Source: Setoptus koraiensis (lineage: Eukaryota > Animalia > Arthropoda). Taken from it: DNA of 64,000 nt. The DNA lies in assembly GCA_048013815.1 (NCBI GenBank), contig CM106586.1, forward strand, positions 18,104,001 to 18,168,000, written 5' to 3'. The notes under the pieces are model-generated. The model was given only the letters and a program-made list of their open reading frames with translations. It made no database searches and was not told the origin of the DNA. Positions 56,136-64,000 of this stretch are shown here, piece by piece; position 1 is the stretch's first letter; every line of letters begins with the position of its first letter. A program made the translations under genes and the position numbers.

Positions 56136-58112
56136 GGATAACAATTGGTCGAGATTGCTGGCTCTCTCTCTCTATTATTACCTGTGTGTCTGATAGTATC
56201 AACAGTTGCTGCTGTTAACCTATCGATTGTGTGTGCTAGCTGACAGCGGCTGGTTAGTAATGTGTCGAGACAGCTTGCACCACAAGCTGCACTGACACTT
56301 GACTGGCTGTTGCTGTTGCTGTTGCTGCTGCTGATGCACCATTGAATTGGTGCGTTGCATCATCATCGTTATTGTGGTGCGTTGCATCATCATCGTCATT
56401 GTGGTGCATGGTGAGGATTGTTGAAGCGACGATTGTTGTAAGTTGCTATTTTTAGTCATTTATAATGTTGGCATTATTGCCTAACAAGCAGCGCATTGGC
56501 TCCTCTTGTTGTTGTGGCTGCCACTCGGTGCCTATGAACTGCTCATGCAACAACGGCAACAACAACAACAGCAACAACGACAACAGCAACAACCATAACA
56601 GCAACGACGACAACAGCAACAACCATAACAGCAACAACCACAACAGCAACAACGACAACAATGAACACACCAACGAGGCCGATAATATGGCAAATTGTTC
56701 GTCTCAATGAACGATTATCATTATTACATAATGTTGCCGCTTCATTATGCTGCCTCGATAAGCTGGCTCGCAGTGCCGATATGACGACGAGTAACAATAT
56801 GCATAATCAATATCAATGGCCAACATGGCTGCCAACAGAGACGGGCCCATCTGCATAGACAGTCGTCGTTGACTTTTTGCTTGTTGGTCTTCGCACAACA
56901 CACAACACATTACATTATATATTATTATACATTATGCACCATGTATTATGCAACATGTATGATATTTTGCATAATAGTGGCGCTATGTAACATAATACAT
57001 AACAAGAAGACATATTTTGGGCACACAATTTTGTTGGCGCATCGCTAACAACAAAACTCACCATTATGGCTATATTAATATATACACTCACAATTGTCAG
57101 TGTGTAAGGCGGCCATAATATATGCTAAATAAGGCCAAGCACACATAATTGAATATCGGCATCATCATCATTGTTGCCGCTGCTGCTGCTGCCATCATCA
57201 TTATAATGGCCACAATCGTCATAATCGCCATAATCGCCATAATCGTCATAATCGTCGTGATCGTCATGATCGTCATGATCGTCATGATGGTCGTCGGTGT
57301 CGGCGTACTCGAGCGCCGGTTGCGCAACAACCGAGTACAATGACGTTGCTTGCTGTTGCCCTATGCCAGAGTGTGACCTAAATCAGTAAAGTATCGATTG
57401 GCCAATTCTGTTCGCCAGTCGTTGTTGTTACATGTTATAGGTCTCGGCCAGCTACGCTTCGCTTGCGACTCTCCAACTTACCTGTGCCACTTGCCACACT
57501 CACCTGTGCCACAGTCACAAGCGAGGGCACAGATGAGCTTGCCAACAACAGTGTGGAGCCAGCACACACACAATTAGAGATAAGCTGCTCTTCTTTGTGT
57601 TGAACGGGGCCATTCACAAGCTCACCTGTGCAGCGGCCTGTGGGAGCAGTGGTCGCCGAAATAGGAGGAGGAGGCGGACGCTAATGATGACTAATGATGC
57701 TCCCCGATATCGCTCTATAGATTGTTGCTATTGCAACCGAGTGTGTGTGTGTACTCACCTGGCGAGATGACTGTATTTTTTGTTGTTGTGGTGGTGGTTG
57801 GCCAAGGAATTAGCCGTACACACATAATTGAAACGCTAATCCCGAGCAGGCGGTTGGCGTATTACGTAACAGGACGCCGGCTCGCTACTGTTGCCGAAGC
57901 GGCAGCGACAACCACAGGCTCATTTGCATTTGTTGTTGTCGACACACACACACACACACAATACGCTTATATGCCAAGTATATATAATAAGCCAGATAAG
58001 TAGTAGCAGTGTACGCGCGTGCTGCTTACTGTGGCCGCTATACGGCCGCGATTATATAATAGCGTAATGGTGATCGATCACCATTGGCCGCTGCCATGGT
58101 TTTGTTGATTTT

Positions 58113-58145
<33 letters not shown>

Positions 58146-58896
58146 TTGAAGTTGTTGCCATTTGAGTGAGACGATGTGAGCCAGCGATAGAATGATCATT
58201 GATCATCATTATTTGGTTAATTTCACCTCAGCCGATGATTAATTGACTCACCCACTTGTTAAGAGCGCACACTGACAACAGGTAATACAGGTTCACGCTG
58301 GCCTGGCCGCCGGTTACCTGTGCGATGCAGGCGGCCCACAGGTGACTGGTGGACAGACAAATAATGTAAGTGTTGTTCATTGTTCACCGTGGGCTCTCAC
58401 GGGCAACTCTCACTGGGCCGCCAAATGCCAATTGTGTAATGGAGAGTCGGCTTGGCTTGGCTCTCCATTATCGATTATTATGTTTTTGGCAAAACGATCA
58501 CCATTGGCCAACGTTGGCCAATACTGGCCGGCCGCGTACAATTGCAAATCGTTGTATGCAAATGGCAATCGCCTGGCCAATGCATTCCGGTCAATCAATC
58601 GGCGTCCATTTAAATTGATTGATTTTGCTGGCTGGCGGATCGCCGGCGCTCGAGCCGCTTGTGCCGCTGGTGAGCCGGCAAATATGCTAAATATGGCCAG
58701 ATATGTGCAAATATGCCAATTTCTGGCCAGTATGCCGCCGCAGCCGCCGCCAGCAGCAGCCACGATGGCTGGCGAAACCAAAAACGTTCGGGCTCGCTCA
58801 TTAGCGATGGCCATTGCGAGCGTGGGAACAGAGCGCCACGTTTGCATTATTGTGCTGTACTGATCATCACCAGCGTACCAATACCACAAACGGCCA

Positions 58897-58987
58897 GCCG
58901 TTTGAACAAACTCGGATATTGTAGCCAGCCCTTCAGTGGCTCGAGTGGCCGGCAGCGCCGGTTGAACGAACTCGGATATTGTAACCA
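58897..58987. repeat. Two 31-bp direct repeats (28/31 identical) with 60-bp period
   Basis: GCCGKTTGAACRAACTCGGATATTGTARCCA at 58897 and 58957. Confidence 0.88.
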
Positions 58988-61900
58988 TGACAATCGGCGA
59001 ACGCACGCGCCCACGGGACAGGTAGCGCAGGTCACAGCAGCAGCAGCGGCGGCGGTCAGATGGGGCCTGGTTGCGCATTTACACGGTTACACATGTATCA
59101 ATATGAGTGAGCTGGCTAAATCGCGCCAGAGTGCGCTAATGACACCGTCATGTTGACAATTTTGAGATGGCGTGACACCCATTTCTGCGAGCGTCGCCGG
59201 CCAGATTGGTGCCTGTCAAGAATTGCGACAATCTGGGTCTAATTGAGTGTGACAAGCACACTCGCTCACATAAAGCGGCCATAAATTGAATTGCTACAAT
59301 TCAATTACGTCACCATGGGCATCACATGAGCCACATGAGCCATATTAGCCACATTAGACATACTGGCCACAACCACAACGACCATTCACGGCCATGATGC
59401 AATATGTGTGACATGACGCCCTAACTAGATGAAGTTGGACAGTGTCACAACAGAGCGAGACGGGCAGCAGCACAGGTGAGGACAGGGCGACAAGCGTGAG
59501 AATGGGACACCACGCGCTCGCTTCGGATCGGCTGCTTGTGGTTGCTTGTGGTGGTTGCTTGTGGTGGGTGTTTGTTGTTGGTGCCGGTTGAGCTGAATCG
59601 CAACAGTGACATGTGAGCATAAGTACAGGTGAGCTTTGCATGAGAATGAGCCGGCAGCCAAATCAATTGAGGTTGTCGGCCGCATCCACACACGTGCTTG
59701 CAGGCTTGACACAATTGAGGATTGACGCACTTGACGTGATGCGAACAGTGGTTTTTTGCTCTAGTTGCAACTAGTTGCCATCGCATGACATCATTCTGTC
59801 AAAATGATGATGATGACACATGCCATTTCATTTTTTTCCTCGTGTTGTTATTATCATGTTATCTTGTTTGTGCGGCGCATATTACCATGATGCCACAAAA
59901 AAGCGAGCGTCGATGCGATTGCGCCAGCAACCGGCCCGAAATGGACACACAAACAAATTAGATTAGTTTCGCCAAAGTGAACATGGTCAACACTCACGTA
60001 ATTGTCACTGTGTCTCGGCCCATTCATCAACAACAGTAGCAGCAACAACAACAACAGCGACAACAACGACAACCATCTAGGAGTGTTCCTGTGAGAGGTG
60101 ACAATTGATACACATCGTATGAGTGTGTGACAACAGGCACACACAATAAAGTGTCAATTACTACTTGCTCTCTCCATCACTCTCCATAATGCAATTTGAC
60201 AATGATGATGATGATACTTTGTCAACTATCTCACCGTCGGCCACATAAGCTATTGCCTGCCTCAACACACTGGCCACTTGAACTGGCCACTTGAACTGTG
60301 CGCTGGCTACCAGAGCCACTGGCTGGCTGAGCAGCGCCCCATCAAGGTACCAATGACCTACCCTTGGGGTAGCAATCAGCGAGTCACAAGGTGACTCAAT
60401 CAACAACCAACAAGGCCGCTCATGCATTCGAGCGGTCGGCGTTAGTCGGCCAGGTGAAGTCAAGTAGGCGATCAGCAAGAGACAATACAATGCCAGTGTG
60501 TGTGTGTGTGTGTGTCTCGATAAACGTGTGTATAAAAGAGTGGTGTTACTAGACTAATTACTGGCCCATTAGCCATGTGAGATGTGAGAATGGCTGCCGC
60601 TGCCGTTTCGGATTATACTCTCCATAGTGGCAATTGAACTGCAACAACAACTAGACAGCGGCGGTTGCAGTAGCGAGCAGTTGTAAATGCAAATCATTTG
60701 CCAGATGACAAGTTGACGGAGGTGATGGGAGTAATGTGTTGTTGCTGTTTGACATCTCAATTGTTGGTTGTCTCTCAATCATTTTGTCTCTCTCTCTCTC
60801 CCGCTCCCGCTCTCCGTCAGTCCATTGTTGCAAATGAGGTGGCCCTTTGTTTAAGTAGTGGTTGTTGTCGGCGGTGGTAGTGTTTTGCCGATGTTGAGGT
60901 GTAGCCGACATCAGTCAGTCAGTTCGTTATGACAACATTTCCAACAGCTAACTCATTGTGATGCCTGCACTAAACTAACCTACTAAAAACCAGCCAAACA
61001 ATGAAACATTTTGCTCCACGCTCCTACTCGTTACCTGCCCAACCTTCCAAACGGGAGAAACAGCTCGCCGGCTTGCTCAACAGCCACTGGCAAGGCTCGG
61101 TGGCTTGAGGCATGAAAGCACATGGCCGCTAGGTGCCTATAATCGTGATCTAGGTTCGTTTGATTCGAACAAGCAAACAAACATTACTACTGCTACTTAC
61201 ATCTGATTAGCGTCCAATATTGAGCCAACTCCAACAGCAACAATATTTGCCTACATATATAATTTAATTAATTCAATTCAGGATGGGCGCTTCCAAACAT
61301 AACAACAATCCTATATTGTTTGTTTGTTTGTTATACAATATGTTAGCAATTGCATGTATACAATAGCTGGAGTCTATCATTATGCATATAGGCAACTTGT
61401 ATAATCATCATCAAGCTGATAATCGAACAAGAATAGATTTATCGAGTTTGGGCGGCAACAATACAGGCGACTTAAATTTAAATAGTCACCAGACAACAAT
61501 GACTATGCCACTAAAGTCACTCTCTTTATCTCTTATCTGTCATGTAGTCAGCAACTAGATGTAGTAGTTTTCGACTTTTCGTTCAGTCCTGTCCGATTGT
61601 GTTGCAGTGTGTTTTGTTTAGTGTGAGTGTGTGTGTGTGTCTATTTGTGAGTAGAACACAACGCAACTCTAAATATTTGTCATCCTGTTTGAAAGTAATA
61701 ATAATAACAAATAATAAATAAATATTAATCATTAATAGTCACATTGATAATATCACATCACACAGGTAGTAGCAATGATAATGATGACTTTGCATATAAT
61801 TGACTGAGTGTGTGCAATACCAAAAAATGCTTGCTGTTGTTTCCTATGCTTGACATATTGAAGCTGTCTCACAATGGGACACTACAGACCACCGACTGAT

Positions 61901-64000
61901 TCGTATCTCCTTTTACTCGATGGTGGGCACACACAGATAAACTCGGTTCGATCAAATAGGATTGAGCCAACACCAATTATTCTGTAATCTCAATCATGCA
62001 CTGTTGAATGCAGCACCGGTCCTTTATTTGTTTGTTGTTGTTGCTGCCAGGAAATGGATAGCTCAATCGTATAGAGGTGACACACTCAATTAAACTGCTG
62101 GCAGATAGCGAGAGAGTTACCTTGATGACTTATAGGCTGACTTATTGCCGGTATGGGCCGTATGTTTGTTGTGTGGAACACAAAAAATCCTTGTTGTGTG
62201 AAATCCAGCGTGTATGTGAGAGGAGAGTATGTGAGAAAGACAAAAGCCCCCCCTGAAAACGCTAATTAAACTTGAGCCCTTAAAATTGTTGGCGCCGACC
62301 ACCAACTGGTCGGCAATTGCCATGCAGCCAATCAAGCGACACACAAAGACGAGTTTTGCAAGTTGTGTCCAGCTCGACATGTAGTGACATTCGTGTCTGT
62401 GTCGAGTGATAAATAGTGATAAATAATAATATTTCAGGTTATTATTTCCCACACAAACACACACACACACACGCATACGCTTGCACTCACACACTGTTTA
62501 CAACAAAGGAGAGACAATGAGTAACTTTTGTTGTGTGTATGTGATTATCCCGGATAATGATGTCATGATATCGCCAGTTACTGGATATTGGCAGAGCCCA
62601 TTTTTCTCGTGCTTGATCGGCCGGCGCTGCTGTTTCAATGGTCGTTGGCTTCATCGGTGTCTCTTGTGGCGCCTGTGTCAGTAGTAGTTGTATAATGGTC
62701 AATTTTTAATACCTAGATTCAATTGGTCTGAATAAATGTGTCCATTGTCGGTATAATCGGTATACGGCGGCCCCGTTCAGCTGATACGCAATTCGTTGGG
62801 CTAGCCGCGCGAGACGTGGCCCAGCACGCAGGCCAGCAGCATAGAGCGGCCAAATGTGTATACAATACAGTACAAATGCGAAGCGAGACACACACACACA
62901 CACACACACACACACGGCAGCGTGGATTTGGCCGGAGCAGTCGCTCAATTGTGCGCCGAAATGATCACCGAATTGCGGCCACAATTCGAACGACGGCCGT
63001 GCGCATGCTCAAGCAAATTATTTCTTGTGGGACACCCTGTACCAAGGCCGAGGCATGGCTGCGGTGCTGCTGCTGCAGTGTGGCTGTAGTATGTGGTTGT
63101 TGTTCGTATGCGCAAACAGGTAAGTTGATTATTGTGTGTGTGCGCAGAAGCATCGTCGTAATGAATCATGATCAAAAAATGAGCCAGCCAGCAGTGGCAT
63201 TGTTATTTACTATAAGCAATAAGTTGCGTTATAGTTTGCTGCTCACACTCGCACTTTAGTTCGATTTTCGGTGCCAGCTGGCGAGTCTCGTCTCCCATTG
63301 GTGAACACACAGCATAGCAACACACACACACACACACAAGTGGAATTGTCTCGCAGCACAGTGGTCGGCCATTTTATTGCTCCATTATAGTCACCATTTG
63401 ATCACAATTCGATCCGGTTAGATTAGATTCCACTCAATTCGATTCGATTCGATGCGAGCCCGCAGCCAGCGCGATCATTCCACGATCATCATTCCATGAG
63501 TAACTCGCTCAGAGGCGACAACACATCGAACGTTCACAGTTTTTAGATTATTTAGCTAGAGAGAATTAATTAATTAGAATTATTGTTAGCTCAGGCATTG
63601 CAGTATAGATTTGTATTTATTATTATCGCAACATCATCACAACGTCACAACGTAACCATCATCGCAGCACCATTTTAACTAGAAGAGCCCCAGTTATGGA
63701 TCGCATTCCATGAGACTACTCGCTGTTTCATCATACATTTATGCAGCCATCGAGTGCTTGTTGCGCCAACAACGCCAAACAAGAGAACACTCTCGAACCG
63801 ATTGACAACCAGCAACAGATTGATCGCCACAAACTGAACCAACTCAACCCACGGCCAACATTCACTGAACACACGCGCGTCGGACGACTCGACACACAAC
63901 ATGAACAGTCACACTATGACCTCAGAGTCGCACCAGCAGCATCATCATCCAAACTCACCTGTAGAACCACAATCAAAGACCACATCAAACAATGTGTCAC

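Noticed and set aside
52315-58987. Short repeat arrays as CRISPR-like loci
   Set aside because: Eukaryotic context, no cas genes, and units are contiguous or present only twice.
43720-63125. CAGGTAG/CAGGTAA as Zelda TAGteam sites
   Set aside because: There are few exact CAGGTAG sites, and as I recall zelda is restricted to Pancrustacea; ZEB/Snail-type binding explains them more simply.

Overview
Eukaryotic genomic DNA with spliceosomal GT-AG introns. It is probably an arthropod, and the mix of intronless housekeeping genes and microsatellite-rich non-coding blocks suggests a compact mite genome such as an eriophyoid (inference). Layout: (1) about 16 kb of non-coding DNA strongly enriched in GGGCCC; (2) a + strand Stac-like gene of about 18 exons (F-BAR-like helical region, coiled coil, C1 domain, long N/Q/G-rich linker, tandem SH3) at about 16.2-30.5 kb; (3) a tight intronless cluster of PAN3 (-), Sirt1 (+) and an orphan coiled-coil gene (-); (4) an orphan exon or gene at 38.7-39.3 kb; (5) an intronless secreted Tyr-Ser-Ala-Pro repeat protein (-); (6) about 21 kb with no recognisable gene, rich in CAGGTR/YACCTG E-boxes and short tandem arrays. 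I found no tRNA, rRNA, CRISPR array or intact transposon. Best leads: the divergent PAN3 and Sirt1 genes begin with the same 25-nt sequence (24/25 identical, both MSQSSDE), which forms an inverted repeat around their shared promoter; the first Stac-like coding exon has a frame discontinuity (16-nt GT-AG intron, +1 frameshift at CTT-TGA, a distant upstream exon, or an indel); and a 21-nt microexon is followed by an AG-free intron carrying three CCCACTAAC motifs. All counts were made by eye.
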